From assembly GCF_004010195.1 (NCBI RefSeq), contig NC_057719.1, positions 18,683,159 to 18,747,158 of the forward strand: DNA of 64,000 nucleotides, given 5' to 3'. The DNA comes from Chiloscyllium plagiosum (taxonomy: Eukaryota). Shown here one piece after another: positions 1 through 13,110 of the stretch; position 1 is the stretch's first letter, and the number at the start of each line of letters is the position of its first letter. The notes beneath the pieces were generated by a model. That model had not been told where the DNA came from and searched no databases. It was given only the letters and a program-made list of their open reading frames with translations. Both the position numbers and the translations under genes were made by a program.

Positions 1-3000
1 GAAGCATTGATGCTTAGGTTTTCCAGAATTCTTTTCTTTAGAATAACAGAGTAATTCCTCTGCTTTCTGGTTGCTGCAGGCTAGGCTTTGAATGCTGCTT
101 TTGCTTTGATGCCTCTGAAATTTGACAAATATTTTTCTTCTGTGAGAAGATAACTGTCATGATGGAGTTGGGGATGAGGCTTATGTCCATGCAGCTCCTG
201 TATGTAGAACAGAAGACCTATGACCTGTCGGAGTCATTAGACAGCACTGTATAGAGGATTCAAAGTGTCGCCCAGAAGAGGAGGGTGAAAGTAAAGTCCT
301 TTTAGGAATTCAGGAACGGACCTCTTGTTAATATAGTAACCATTGGGAACTTTTACAGAACATATATTTGCTAACAGGGAGCTGGTATAAGCAGACTCGT
401 CAGATTTCAAATAAAATGATGAACAAACCAGAGATATGTCTTACTTTTTATCTGACAACTATTTTTTGAAATAGAGACAGAATGGGACCTGAGGGATCAC
501 ATACTGAAGGGATCGTTGATGACTGAAAGACTTTTGAAACCTTCTAGATTTGACATTTGACATTGTTTCATGTTACATTGTGTAACAGATCCCTATAACC
601 TAAGAGTGAGTGCTACAAAGGAGAATAAAACACCTGCTTATTGAGCATTAGGAGCGAAAACAAACAATTGCCCCTGATTCAGGTATTCAAGGTGCCAAAT
701 GTTTTCTTAAGTTGGGCTCTGGGCAATGAACACTGTTGACCATCAAATGGGTAGTGGTAGTGGGGAAGAGGGAGGGATTAGGAATGGAAAACGAAGCCTC
801 AACCTTGGCTCTGTCAACTTTCCTTTTTTAACATAAATATGCATATAAGGGGACAAACATCTCCAAGTTTGAGTTTACACAATATTACAAATTTCATTCA
901 AACAAAAACTTGCAATTTTAGTCAGCTTTTACATATATTTATGTAGAAATGTTTTGGGGAAAGAGAGATTTTAAAAGTTAATCACAATAAAGTTGTTGTA
1001 AGATTATTCCACTCTAGTAACTATTTAAAGACATATGGTACCTAGGCCGAGAAGGTTAAAGATAGCTTCTTAATTAATATTCAAAGAGTTGGATGTTCAT
1101 AGAAGAATCTGGGGACATTTGAATTTCTGTCAGAATCATTAGAAACCTTTGAAATTGTACTAATTATTATAGCAGTTTTGAAAATGTGAAAATATCAACA
1201 ATTCTTACTTTGAACAGTAATTAGGAGTCTGTATCTAACTCTCACAACATGTAATAGCTAATTTTTTTGACCTTTATTCTCAGATACCAGTTTGTTTATT
1301 ATTCAGAATCATTCAGACGCACAGGAAGGGTCTGTTTTGCAAAAACCACCTACAGGCAATCTATCTGTTCTGCTTTTAGAATCACGTTCATCTTGGATTA
1401 AAACCTTATTTGTATTTTAAGTGAGTTTTGTACTAATTAAGGTGAAGGATGTCATTGCAGAATACTTTTTGCATTTCCCCCACAACTTCAACCGTAACCG
1501 AATGTGGAACAGTTCATGTTTGATCTAAATGGACTGAAGTGATTGAGTTGGCAAGAAAGAATTGAGTGAGTTTTTTCTATTTGTTGGGTTTTTAGATTGT
1601 AAGAATTCAGAAAAAGTAAACACACCCTTTGTAAATTTGTAGCACCCCAGGTACAAATACTAAAGTGATTCGTATTTGAACCTGTCAGAGTAAGTTGACA
1701 GGTGTAAATGTCATGACCCTTCTACATCTGTCTCAGTTAATGTTCAAGAATCTTAGGACCTCTAATTGAAATAGGATTTCCCGTCATGCTTAATTCCAAA
1801 ATGTTATTCTTTCAGATCTGTCTTTCGCTCTTGTTTTATGCTCTGTTTCTGTAAAGTACTTGTGTTATCAAATGGCATTTTTGTTATAAGAGGAAGCAAC
1901 CCCACAGAATAGTGTCTATTATGAGATATTTTACATTATGAACACGTAATGCTGGGGAGCGTGTAAACAGAAATCTCTTTGATACTCTGTAGTGATAAAA
2001 CATATATTACACATGGTGTACTAAGTTGTTGTCAAGTTTGAATTGGATTTTCAAAACAAATGCTTACTGGTATATTCATGATGTTTAAGGCCTGCCTTAT
2101 GTGTATTTGCTGGCACTTGGAAGTTTATCAATTTGATAATGGGTATAGTTGATAAGAATGGAAGATTCCCTCAATAAATTTGCTCCCCCAACTGTTATTT
2201 CTCATCTAGACTGATGAGAGAACAAATTCTCCCAGTCTGATTTTGCAGTGTGGTATTGACTCCGTTGTTTCTCTGATTTTCCCCATATGAAAGTTTGATT
2301 CAGCAAACCCAGAAATTACTCCACACAAGATTTTAAGTCTGGGGATATATGCTTGAGTAAGAGCTGCTGTCTGTCAAGAGGCAGTTCACTACAACAATGA
2401 AGGTTTGCAATTCTACAAAAATCCATCCCTTAAAATTTTCAATGCCAGTAATCTTTCACATAGAATTTACTCAGAAGTTACAAAATGAAAACTGGCCAGC
2501 TAATGGTTCACTGTGCTCCCTGTAGACTATTTCCCTTCAAACACTTTATAATATCTTCTTGAATATTGCTGTAGACTTTGCTTCACTAATTAATTCCCGT
2601 AAAGGCAATGCCCCTTGACCCTCAGCAATGAAATGGGTTTCTCCTGTTCTCTATCCCAAAGGGTAAGACTCATTGCTATCTATTCATCCCGTCTGATTAC
2701 AATGGTTGATAAATCTATAAATTCCCCCCAAAAAGTTTTGATTACACAATGCTTATTCTGATATTTTAATAATAACTAACCTTCAGTTGACACATAATTG
2801 TTCAGCATCAGAAACTTACACATTAGTGCAGTTCTTTAAATATTTGCTTGCTATTTTTATAGTTATTTGTTTTTTTAAAACTAGGTTGCTATCATAATTT
2901 AAATATTGAACAAAGGAATTCATGTGAGCATTTTTTTCCATTAACACATAGATTATATACTCTTGTATTAATAGATGATAGAAAATGAGTGTCGTGATTA

Positions 3001-3103
3001 AACATGAGGAGATGAAACAAAACAGAAGCTGATGTGATAACTAGTCAGGTCCTTGCAGCATATTCTCATTAGAAATTGTTTTCCTGTCATAGTGATTGCA
3101 ACA

Positions 3104-3551
3104 TTGCCTAAGGAGAAGTAAGCGGCACCCAGAAAGGCTGCCAAGAAACTCCTGAGTAAAGTCACAGTGAAGGATGGTCGGGATCAGAGAAGAGCAACAA
3201 AAGACAGTTACTAAATTTACATTTCCTAACTGATAAAGAAGGTTAGACCATAGGATATAGAATTAGGTCATTCAACCCATCAAGTCTGCTCCACCATGCG
3301 ATCATGACATCATTATTATTGTCACCTGACACTGGCAACTCCTCTGAGACCATGAGCGCCTTTATGAGAAATATATCTGAGAGTGCGTTGTGACTGAAAA
3401 CTCTCTCCTGGCCTGTTACAGTGAGCCCTGGAGCATTGTTTCCAGCAAGATCTAGGCCACCATGTGCCTGAGGCTGCTCACAGGGCAACTGGCCATACTC
3501 AGTGTATTGGAACTTACAAAGACCTTGATCAAGTATATCAGCTCTGAGTAA
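3104..3551 (+). pseudogene. Heavily decayed histone H2B pseudogene, interrupted by a ~78-bp LINE/SINE 3'-tail fragment
   Basis: Manual translation gives LPKEK*AAPRKAAKKLLSKVTVKDGRDQRRATKDSY*IYIS*LIKKV, an insert at 3245-3322, then with frameshifts H-DTGNSSETMSAFMRNISE..CVVTENSLLACYSEPWSIVSSKI*ATMCLRLLTGQLAILSVLELTKTLIKYISSE*. This is colinear with H2B ([25 protein letters not shown]...[22 protein letters not shown]). Confidence 0.85.
3245..3322 (-). mobile_element. Short LINE/SINE 3'-tail fragment inserted in the H2B pseudogene
   Basis: AGAATTAGGTCATTCAACCCATCAAGTCTGCTCCACCATGCGATCATG resembles the reverse complement of the CR1-type tail at ~48470-48535; it splits the H2B KQV/HPD motif. Confidence 0.6.
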
Positions 3552-4378
3552 AACTCCACAAAACACAGAGCAAACGCTCACAAAGTTTGGCCATCAGCAT
3601 TACTGGTTCAAAGCACAATTGCTAATTTAATGGAATATAATTTATAATTAATGGATGTAGTATTTCTGGTGCTACAGCTGTGATAGCCACCACAATGGCA
3701 CAAGTCAACTTGAAGCTGGTAAAGAAAATTTAGCAAGTGATGAACTCACAACAAAAGCAAAACTCAGAACATTGCAGCAAACACGTCTGTCCTCCAGCAA
3801 AGTATAAAGATGGTTGGAAGTGTGTTCAGTCCCATGAAACATTCTTGGAATTAAGATGAAACAGAAAATGGCAATAATACTCAGCATCTGTGGAAATGTT
3901 TCAGGTCACTGACCTTTTGTTAGAACTGGATAAAGTTGGACATGTTTCATTTTTTAAGCAAGTACAGAGACAGAGAAATTGGTGAGTAGGAGAACCAAAT
4001 GATTAAGATGATTGTTTAAGTCACTCTTGGGGTTTATAACACAGCCACTTCCAGGCAGCTGTTATTCTTCTTAGACAGAAGCTCCAGTTTTTGAAATTCA
4101 GAATGAAAGTATGAAGATTCCTTTGGAGAAACACATATTAGGACTTCTGAAACTATCAAAAACAACCTTCCTGGTTTAAAGTATACCTTTCAGTAGGCTG
4201 TTCATCTCTGTCTGTGGCAGAAAAGTTGACAAACAATTGAGCCCACATTTGAAAATCAAATTAAAAAGAATATATTTATTAACTTGACTTCATATTATTC
4301 AGCATTTTGATAAGCCAAAATGTGAAAGAATAACTATTGACTGTTTTATTCTCATTTATGTTGCAGTTCCTTTTACAG

Positions 4379-4611
4379 CTGAAGTATGAAAAGAAAATAC
4401 AGATGGCACCTAGAAGGTATCAAAAGACAGTGAATAGAAAGTACAGACTCTGTAAGCAAGACCCAGAGAATGCAGCTGTCATTTTTTTTCGAAAAAGGTG
4501 GTGGAAAGAACTAACGTCCTTGCTTTAAATTTTCAGCCATGTACTTCAGCAGAATTCTTTCAACACTACAGTCATATTCAGAGCACTTATTCATTAATGT
4601 TAAAGATCAAG
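4379..4611 (+). other. Candidate pair of small spliced exons (4367/4379-4451 and 4537-4611) of an unidentified transcript
   Basis: Acceptors TTGCAG (4366) or TTTTACAG (4378); donor T|GTAAGC (4452); branch-like CTAAC 4511-4515 plus pyrimidine tract and TTTTCAG (4536); strong donor AAG|GTAAGT (4612). The spliced frame is open: MAPRRYQKTVNRKYRLSMYFSRILSTLQSYSEHLFINVKDQ. Peptide not recognised. Confidence 0.35.
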
Positions 4612-6110
4612 GTAAGTCTAGCTCCTAGTTTCCAGAGAAGTAGGTCACTTGGATCTATCCAAAACACTCCACCACTTGGGTTTACCTTCTACCATTTTTA
4701 GATTTGATGAAGAATAATTGATAGATTTGGTGTACTTCATGTAGTCATCAATTCCATTATAGCAGTGCACTCGAATGTTAATTAGGTAGACCAATGTATT
4801 TTGCTGTTCAGCTATTTCTAAAAGCTGCAAAATTTAATAGATGTCTAAGATTGATTTCTGCAACTGTTCTGTGTCTTTATAGACAGGCTTGTACCTGATC
4901 CTCAGGAAAAGAAAAGCTAGGAATGAGACTGAGAGATCCCTGATTTCCCCGCTTATATACCCTTCTCCTATTTTCCCATGCTGACGTTCTTAATTTTGAT
5001 ATTGTGCAATTTCCAGGGGCACTGAGGCCAATTACATCACCCCAAACATTTTCATGGCCAAGTCAAACAATTGAGCACACACTGCAGACTGAAATAAGAC
5101 CCCCTCCCTCCACTTCCCAAAGGGGAGATCAGTAAAATCTGGGAATAACACATAGTTCTCTATCTTGTTATATAAACTTCAAAGCAGAGAACCATTACAA
5201 ATATTACATTCATTTCCAAACATTACTTTTTTTAAAAAAATGGGACCTGCAGCAGCTGTTGGAGGGCACTCAGCAAGGATGCTGAGCAATTATCCAGGAC
5301 CTCCACCAATAGATGGTGATGGTGAGGGATGATAACTGGAGCAATTGAATGAACTCTTACTGGAAAAGATTGAGTGTCTTTGGTAGAGAGAGGGCAAATA
5401 GGAAGAGAGATGGGGCAGGCAAATTGAAACCACATAGTCATTCAATGTACGTAATTAAATAGTTCCTTGTTCATCCTTATTTTTTCCTCTTTGTAATGGC
5501 CTGGTGCCAGAGGAATAAAGAATCTATGGTTGGTTACCCTAATTCACAATTTGCTGAAGAAATCAGAGAGTGCTGCAGGAATAGCTGGCAAAGGATGTGA
5601 TACTTCACAAAACATCCCAGGGATGAACCCCCGCATGTGAAGACTCCTATTACATCCTCATGCAGAAGCTTGTCTCATCACCTGTCCTTGGCTCCCCAAA
5701 TTTCCTTTCATACTTGAAACTAACACTTGTTTCCTTGGCCTGGGGATGGTACAAGAGGAATATGGTGAATTACTTTGGTTTGAAACTGAAACCGTTAACT
5801 TTGAAGTGAGCTATGTCCCAGAAGTTTGGAGTTATTCTGATTGGTGCAGAGTTATTTTATTGACAGCAACCCACTCAGCAATTTTCCAATGTCTGCCAAG
5901 TTTGGACCAAGAGACCCAATGGGCCTCTGAACTTGGAGGGAGTTGGAGGAAGCTGTGGCTGACACCATACCCATGGCGCAAATTAAAGACAGCATTCTAA
6001 CTCTGATTCCCTATGATGCTCGCACTAAGGTTCAGTAGAATGTACCAAAGCATTTATGAGTGAGATCCAAATCAGATCCAAACAGCTGGACCCAGTTGTG
6101 GTTTCATCTC

Positions 6111-6460
6111 ATAGAATCATAAAATCCCTACACTGTGGAAACAGGCCATTAGGCCCAACAACTCCACATCAACCCTCCGAAGAGTATCTCACCCAGACCC
6201 TTTCCATTTCCCTATTACTCTTCATTTCCCCTAACTAATGCATGTAGCCTACAATCTCTGAACACTATGGGCAATTTAGCATGGCCAATTCACCTAATCT
6301 ACACATCTTTGGACTGTGGGAAGAAACCGGAGCACCTGAAGTAACCCCATGCAGACACGGGGCAAGTGTGCAAACTCTACACAGTCACCCAAGGCTGGAA
6401 TCAAATCCGGGTGCCTGGCACTGTGAGTCAGTACTGCTAACCACTGAGTCGCTGTCATCT
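6111..6460 (-). mobile_element. HE1-type tRNA-derived SINE
   Basis: Reverse complement has A/B-box head, central CCCACAGTCCAAAGATGTG core and CR1-like tail GGCCTGTTTCCACAGTGTAGGG; alignable to the copies at 60619 and 62240. Confidence 0.9.
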
Positions 6461-6940
6461 ACCTGAAAAGAAGGCCTCAGACAGCTTCAATTGATTGACC
6501 CAGGTGTCAATTGACTGAACCATTACTGGAAGTCCAACATGTACCAACACAGCACCAGCTAACGAGGGAGCCCAAACCAGCACAGAATCCTTTGAGGTAC
6601 TGGAAATTTATCAGGGAGAAGGATGGAGTTCTCTATCTGCTGTTTCGTGACTCAGACAGAGAGGTGTAGCAACTCATCCTTCCTACCACCCTCAAGTGTC
6701 ACGTGTCAGGAATAGTTCATGATGAAGCAAGATACCAACCAACAATAAAGGTGCCTGCTGTGACCAGAGAGTGGCTCAGAATGGCTGCTGATATCGATAG
6801 CTGCTATTGCAATTGTGAGGGGTGTATTTTCACCCGAGTGGAGAAGTGATTTCAGCCCAGCATGGGATCTTTGCTTACCGAGAGTTGTAATGGACCAAGC
6901 ACATTCTCGTACAGATGCCTTTACCAAGTTCACACCACAG

Positions 6941-7126
6941 GCAAAAATGAGGACTGCAGATATCGAGAGACCAGAGTCGAGATGAGAGTGGTGCTGGAAA
7001 AGCACAGCAGGTCAGGCAGCATCTGAATGGGGCTTCCTGATGAAGGGCTTTTACCCAAAACGTTGATTTTCCTGCTCCTCAGGTGCTGCCTGATCTGCTG
7101 TGCTTTTCCAGCACCACTCTGATCCA
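6941..7126. mobile_element. PLE-derived inverted-repeat (hairpin) element, family A
   Basis: Arms GTGGTGCTGGAAAAGCACAGCAGGTCAGGCAGCA and its reverse complement; decayed hammerhead CTGATGAAGGGCTTTTACCCAAAACGTT at 7037; 15-bp TSD AAGTTCACACC(A/C)CAG at 6926-6940 and 7127-7141. Confidence 0.85.
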
Positions 7127-7624
7127 AAGTTCACACCCCAGTCGTTTGCATCTGGGAACAAAAAGCTTCCAAGTGTCAGTGTTTGCTTAATTTGGCCATT
7201 TCAGCGTTCCACATCAAATCCACAATGATCAGGGACATGTCTTCGACTGTGGCATTACAACGAGATGCACTATCCCCTATCATCTAGAGGGTACTGGACA
7301 GTGAAAGCAATTCAAAAATAGTCTGCATGACTGAAAGCGGTCTAAGTAACTTCTAGAATTGGTTTATGCTTGTAATCAGAACTTATCCATTTACTCACCA
7401 TTTCTTCTTTAGATAAGACCCAAACCTGTCTATTGACAATCTCTTGGGCTCAGCACATCTTCTGCTGCGGGTGGTCAGGTCAATGAGTGGATAGGAGGTC
7501 ATTACACAAGGTTAGGTTGAGCATTTCAGATGACACCCAAGAGGTTTGAGAAAGAGAGAGAGATGCTGAGAAAAAAAAGACATTCATCAATTACATGACT
7601 GACAGACTGATCTTCCAATCAGCA

Positions 7625-8055
7625 CAAAGATGGTTAATCCACTTAGCCTGCAGATCCCTCGACACTACAAGGAAATTTGCCATGACCAGTCCACCTAACC
7701 TGCACATCTCTGGACTGTAGGAGGAAACTAAAGCACTCAGCAGAAACCCACGCAAACATAGGAAGAACACAGGAAGAGTAGTAAGGGTATGGAATGCTTT
7801 GCCTGCAGCGGTAGTAGATTCGTCAAGTTTAAATGCATTTAAGTCATCATTGGACAGGCATATGGATGTACATGGAATAGTGTAGGTGGGATGGGCTTCA
7901 GATTAGTATGATAGGGCGGCGCAACATCGAGGGCCGAAGGGCCTGTACTGTGCTGTGATGTTCTATGTTCTATGTTCCACTGACAGTGACCTGAGGCACA
8001 AATCAAACCTGAGTACCTGAGGCTGAGGTAACAGACCTAACTATTGTGCTGCCCT
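7625..8055 (-). mobile_element. Decayed HE1-type SINE split by a + strand CR1 3' end (7770-7976)
   Basis: SINE core CCACCTAACCTGCACATCTCTGGACTGTAGGAGGAAAC; the insert has GTATGGAATGCTTTGCCTG...GGGCCGAAGGGCCTGTACTG and a (TTCTATG)n tail. Confidence 0.8.
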
Positions 8056-8349
8056 GTTTCAAAACTTAAAAAAACATGTGATTATAATTCCAAAGAATAC
8101 TTTAAAAGCACATATATCTGAAAGAAGAGTCTTTTTACAAAATGTTTCATGCAACTCGGATTCTGCGATAAACTATAGCATAGCATTAATGCATTGTAGA
8201 GTTTGCCAACAGAAACACTTTGAAACAAAACATTTCAACCAAAGTTAAAACTGATTACATTATTTGCAAACCCCATCTGTATTAATTCTCCTCATGCTCA
8301 ATCGCAAATTAAAGATGAGTTACAGATGTATCATAAAGAAAACCACACA

Positions 8350-8625
8350 GAATCCCTACAGTATCGAAGCAGGCCATTCAGCCCATACTGACCCTCCCAC
8401 CTCAAAACCCGGCATTTCCCATGGATAATCCACAAAGACCACACATCCCAGGATACCATGGGCAATTTAGCGTGGCCAGTCCACCTAACCTATACATGTT
8501 TAGATTGTGGGACACAGACACAGGGCAAATATGTAAACTCCACACAGACAATCAACCAAGGTTGAAATCAAATCTGGGTCCCTGACAATTTGAGACAGTA
8601 GTGCTCTTCACTCAGTCACCATACT
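8350..8625 (-). mobile_element. HE1-type SINE, decayed
   Basis: GGGCAATTTAGCGTGGCCAGTCCACCTAACC and AAACTCCACACAGAC motifs shared with the other copies. Confidence 0.85.
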
Positions 8626-9069
8626 ACCTCATGTCAGCTATTAGACTTATTCAAAGGTTAATTGCACTGTTGAACGCAGGTATCCTATTGTTTTTACAAA
8701 CATGAGTCTACAGCCTTATTTTCTTTGTTGAAATCTAATTAGTGGAGTCTTATTTCTGCTTATACCATATGACTGACATCCAAGGGTGCATCAGGGAGTA
8801 GGTAGATCATGTTCAAGGGTCTAAAGACACAGCTCATTTGTACACCCCAATGCTGCTGTGCATGAATGACCTTGCCCTATCTGCAATTGTCCCATATCAG
8901 TGAATTCTAAGCATCCCAACACATATCAGTCTCAAACATGGGCAGTCGGCTTATTATTGCATCAGTCATTTGAACTTGGTCCAAAATATCCAAACAATAA
9001 AAATCATACACTTCCAGTCTTTCATCTCTTTGAGGATCTATATTATAGTTAGCTTCATTCACAGAATAG

Positions 9070-9290
9070 ACCAGCATTTATTACCCATTCTTAATTACCC
9101 TTGAGAATACAGTGATGAACTGCCTTCTTGAACTGCTGCAGTCTTGTGGTTAAAGCATCTACAGCACTATTAAGAAGGGAGTTCCAGGATTTTAATCCAG
9201 TCATAGTAAAGGAATGCCAACATGGTTCCATGTCAAGCGTGGCTTGGAGGAAAGCATGCAGGTGACATTGTTCCCATTTAACTTCCACAC
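9070..9290 (-). mobile_element. LINE 3' fragment, same family as 28750-29200
   Basis: Reverse complement aligns to the 3' part of 28750-29200. Confidence 0.65.
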
Positions 9291-9474
9291 TTATCCTTCT
9301 AGACTATAGTCACCAAATCCCAACAGTACTGAAAGAGGCCATTCAGATTATCGGGTCTACATCGACCCTCCGAAGAGTATTTAATTCTAAGATGATGGAA
9401 AGTTGGAATCAAAGATAAATAGGTAACATTGCAGACAAGATAAAATATTATTATCTTTCACGTTGCCATAGGAT

Positions 9475-9785
9475 AGAGCAATCATAGAGCCATAACGCAC
9501 AGAAATAGGGCCTTCAACCCACAACGTCAATGCTGACCAACATACACCAAACTACATTAATCCCAAATATCTGCACTTGGTTCATAGCCTACTATATCTC
9601 AGTGTTGTAAGTAGTCATTCAGATGTTTCTTAAATGCTGCATAAGTACCTGCCTCCGCCTCCATCTCAGGCACCAAGTTCCTCCAAACCACTTTTTCCTC
9701 ACCTTAAACTGGTCTTAGTCATATCTACCATGGGGAAGAGATTCTCACAATCTACTCTGCCTGTGCCTCATGATTTTGTATACCT
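9475..9785 (-). mobile_element. Decayed CR1 LINE 3' end
   Basis: Similar to the minus-strand CR1 3' ends at 15014 and 47160. Confidence 0.7.
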
Positions 9786-9787
9786 CA

Positions 9788-9870
9788 GGATGTAGGTTTG
9801 CTCACTGAGCTGGAAGATTCATTTTCAGACATTTCGTCGCCCTTCGAGGTAACATGTTCAGTGAGCTTCC
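9788..9870 (-). mobile_element. PLE family C terminal fragment
   Basis: GGATGTAGGTTTGCTCACTGAGCTGGAAG...CAGACATTTCGTC...GGTAACATGTTCAGTGAG matches 38508-38590 and 59135-59215. Confidence 0.8.
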
Positions 9871-10959
9871 AAATGGTGCCCAGATCCTTTTGTACATTAA
9901 CCTTTCCCAGTCTTTTAAATAATGCTCTGCCACTTTCCTTTTTCCTATTGAAGTGGAGACCCAATGTTGCATTTACACTGCATCCATATTATCCATATTA
10001 CACTGCACCAGCATTCGTCTGCCCACTCAGGCGACTTGTTTCATTATTTCTGCATAGAGTTTCTGCTCAAGTTCCAGCAAACAAATGGTAGAATTCCTGA
10101 AGAAATTCAACTGTCAAAGTGTCTTCTCAAATTCAGACTCTTGAGTAATAGGAATCAGCTTTATGGCCTTCTCCATTATCTACAAACAAGGCAACATCCA
10201 AGTGATTAATATATATTGTAATTATTGTAAATAATTATAGCCTCAATATTGATTCCTGTAATATTCCACTAATTGCAGGTTGCCAGACTGAAATTGCTCC
10301 TTTTATCCCATCTCTCTGTCTTCTATTATTTAGCCAACCCACTATTCATGCTATTATACTTTCCCACCATCACGGATTCTTATCTTAATAACTTGTTCTA
10401 TACGCAATACCTTATAGAATCTAAATATTTTAAATCCATTGGTTCCCCTATATCTGATGAATGAGCCCCAACACAATGAAAAATGTAGCTTAGCATTTAG
10501 ATGTCTTTATTGATTGTTGTTTTGTAATGACTGGACTTGCTAGAAAGATTACAATGAGCTTTAAACATCCTTCAGCCTCTTAGTTAATTCAGTATCATTC
10601 TTGAATCAGTGTGTCTTCCCTTGTTGTTTCTGATGAGAAATAATGTATAATTACTTGTGTCGAGTTTCATTTACCAAAAGGGTTTTCCACCTTGTAGATT
10701 TTTCTTGTAGTATCTTTACCTCATCAGACTCAATTACTCTCTCTTCCAGTTTCATATGGTTATTTACAGAGTACCATCATTCCAGTTCTCTTAAAAGACC
10801 TGATTCTTAAGTGTCACTGTAAATGACCTCAGTATATCCTGTAATATTGATTATGGAGACCAGGGATTGATTTTTGTTAGTTCTTTTTCCCCTATAGAGA
10901 TTAAATGCTTGCACACTAAAATGGGATTCTTCTCACAGATTACACGTTCATTGTATTTT

Positions 10960-10995
10960 ATTCCTGATGAAGGGCTTTTGCCCGAAACGTCGATT
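10960..10995 (+). ncRNA. Minimal type I hammerhead ribozyme motif, family A, intact core
   Basis: ATTC-CTGATGA-A-GGGC-TTTT-GCCC-GAA-ACGT-C-GATT: catalytic core, 4-bp helix II, palindromic ACGT in place of helix III, GUC cleavage triplet. Activity untested. Confidence 0.7.
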
Positions 10996-11090
10996 TCAAA
11001 GCTCCTTGGATGCTGCCTGAACTGCTGTGCTCTTCCAGCACCACTAATCCAGAATCTGGTTTCCAGCATCTGCAGTCATTGTTTTTACCT
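10960..11090 (+). mobile_element. PLE-derived short element, family A, single arm
   Basis: Starts at TTCCTGATGAAGGGC and ends CCAGCATCTGCAGTCATTGTTTTTACCT. Confidence 0.85.
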
Positions 11091-11884
11091 ATATATTAGT
11101 CCTTGAATTGTCATGTCATGAGGATGTGGCACGAGCTAGATTGCAAATTCCAACAGTAGGGTGCAGCCTCAGTGAATATATTAAGTATATACATAGATAT
11201 AAAATTAAATAATGATTCCCATCATAATGCAATGTCTAAGTTATATTTTTTCTCTATTGGACTCATTTGGTAAGGACCTGCTGTGGGATGCTACCTTCCG
11301 AGGTTGGGGGAGTATGTTTGTGCTGTTGGTGATCTACTTAAAAATTGACAACCTAATCCAGCATTTCCCCAGGATGTCATAGTAAATTTCAACCTTTCCC
11401 ATATAAGTTGGGAAATGTATAATGTAGCTGTTGTTCATGGTTTTGAAAGTTGCAGTGTCATTATTTTTAATATTGTGGATCATTGTGCTTGTGACTTAAC
11501 TAAATTTGCAATTTACTTTCCCTATCTTTACTTGTCTTGCAATAGTCTTTGCAGATCAATAGTACCCAAATATCCCATTGTATCACTTCATCTTGACGAT
11601 GTACTTACTTAGAATGAATTATTTTAGGTAATCAGCTGCATTAAACAGATGTCGAATTGTGTAACGGTTTGTAGAAACACTTAATTTCTGAAAATGACAT
11701 TATTATATAAATAGCAAAGCTTTTCTGGCATTCTAACCATGAAGCTTTACCGAGACTTCTTGATATTCTTTGTTCTGCTGTGATAGTATTGCAGGTTTGT
11801 GCATTGAGATCTCTTTCAGGCTTTGAATTTGGATCTGTAGCAGACATGAATTGCTGTTGCTTCACCAAATTCTCTAAGTAGTCT

Positions 11885-12245
11885 TAACTCAATTGACAGC
11901 ATTCTTGCCTCTAAGTTGCAAGGCTTTGAGTTTGATGTCCCACTCCGACTTGAAAGTAAATATCAAGGCTAATTATCCAGTATAGTATTGAGGAGGCATG
12001 GAACAGTTTGAGGTGCACTTTTGATGAGATCTTTAAAATTGAGGCCTATGAATACTCTCAGGCACAATTTTCAAGGATGCTCAGGGAACCTATCTCGGAT
12101 GTATTCGTCTTTATTTATCCCTAAATCAATATAAAAGATCTGGTTATTATCACATTTCTGTTTGTGGGAGCTTGCAATGTGTAAATTGACAGCTGCCTTT
12201 CCAATGTTACAGCAATGACTACACTTCATTGCCTGTAAAAGTCTG
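11885..12245 (+). mobile_element. Deu-domain SINE (SacSINE1/AmnSINE1-like), decayed
   Basis: GATCTGGTTATTATCACATTTCTGTTTGTGGGAGCTTGC...TTACAGCAATGACTACACTTC is typical of Deu-domain SINEs. Confidence 0.75.
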
Positions 12246-12269
12246 TGATCCAGGTAATCGCCACCCTGG

Positions 12270-12602
12270 GGTGGTGATGGTGCAGTGGTATTATCACTAG
12301 ACTGTCAATCCAGAGATCCATGTAATGTTCTGGAGACTTGGATTCAAGTCCCCCTATGGCAGTTAGTAGAATCTGAATTCAAAAAAAAGTCTGGAATTAA
12401 GAGTCCAATCATAATCATTGTCAATTTTTGAGTAAAGCCCACCTGGTTCACTAATGTCCCTTCAGGAAGGGAAACTGCCATCCTACCTGGTCTGGATTAC
12501 ATGTCATTCCAAACCCACAGGAATATGGTTGACTCTTATCTGTCCTTTAGGATGAGTAATGCTAGCTTAGTCAACAATGTTCCCATTCCACAAATGAATA
12601 AG
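12270..12602 (+). mobile_element. tRNA-derived SINE, second family (also at 33585 and 52213)
   Basis: Head GATGGTGCAGTGGTATTATCACTAGACT...GGATTCAAGTCCC; body CTGGTTCACTAATGTCCCTTCAGGAAGGGAAACTGCC. Confidence 0.8.
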
Positions 12603-13110
12603 GAAAAATGTAATAGAAATACAAGCCTTGTTTTCTTTTTAATGATTGACAGTGACATCTGATATTTTCTGAAGAGTGGGTTCGATCTATATTTTATAGA
12701 GGGCTTGTCTCCAAAATATTGCATGATTCCAAATCAGTGCTTCAAAAGAGACTATGCAATGAATTATTTCCATGAGCCATTCTAACAAGTACTTGAGAAG
12801 GCAATTACAGACTTTGACCATTAGGAGCAGAGCAAAAAAGTTTCGATTCCAAGTTTTTGAAAAGTCGAGATTATCAATGTTCCCCTGTGAGGGATTTCCA
12901 TCGAACTCAACTGCCTTAGTTTTAGCTCCGTCCTCCTTGCTAACTTTTCAAGACTAGGGTAGAGTTGAGCACAATGGAGTTTTGCTTAAGAACTAGGCAT
13001 TGGTATAACTGCAGCACTCTGCCAGAGAGAGTTGGTGTAAATCTCTATGCTAAAATGAAAAGTACATTTAAAAATTGTGATCAGTTAAGCTGACTACCTG
13101 TTCTTTCATA

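Larger units (their letters stand above)
5235..7350 (+). mobile_element. Possible very decayed Harbinger Myb/SANT-gene remnant
   Basis: 5240-5390 reads DLQQLLEGTQQ...YWKRLSV, weakly like the Myb/SANT N-terminus of the other Harbinger fossils here; no transposase part seen. Confidence 0.3.

Noticed and set aside
1..3000. Repeat-poor AT-rich stretch with several AATAAA, possibly a 3' UTR
   Set aside because: No recognisable coding exon or other support; AATAAA is expected by chance at this composition.
3243..3581. 112-aa minus-strand ORF
   Set aside because: Antisense reading of the H2B pseudogene.
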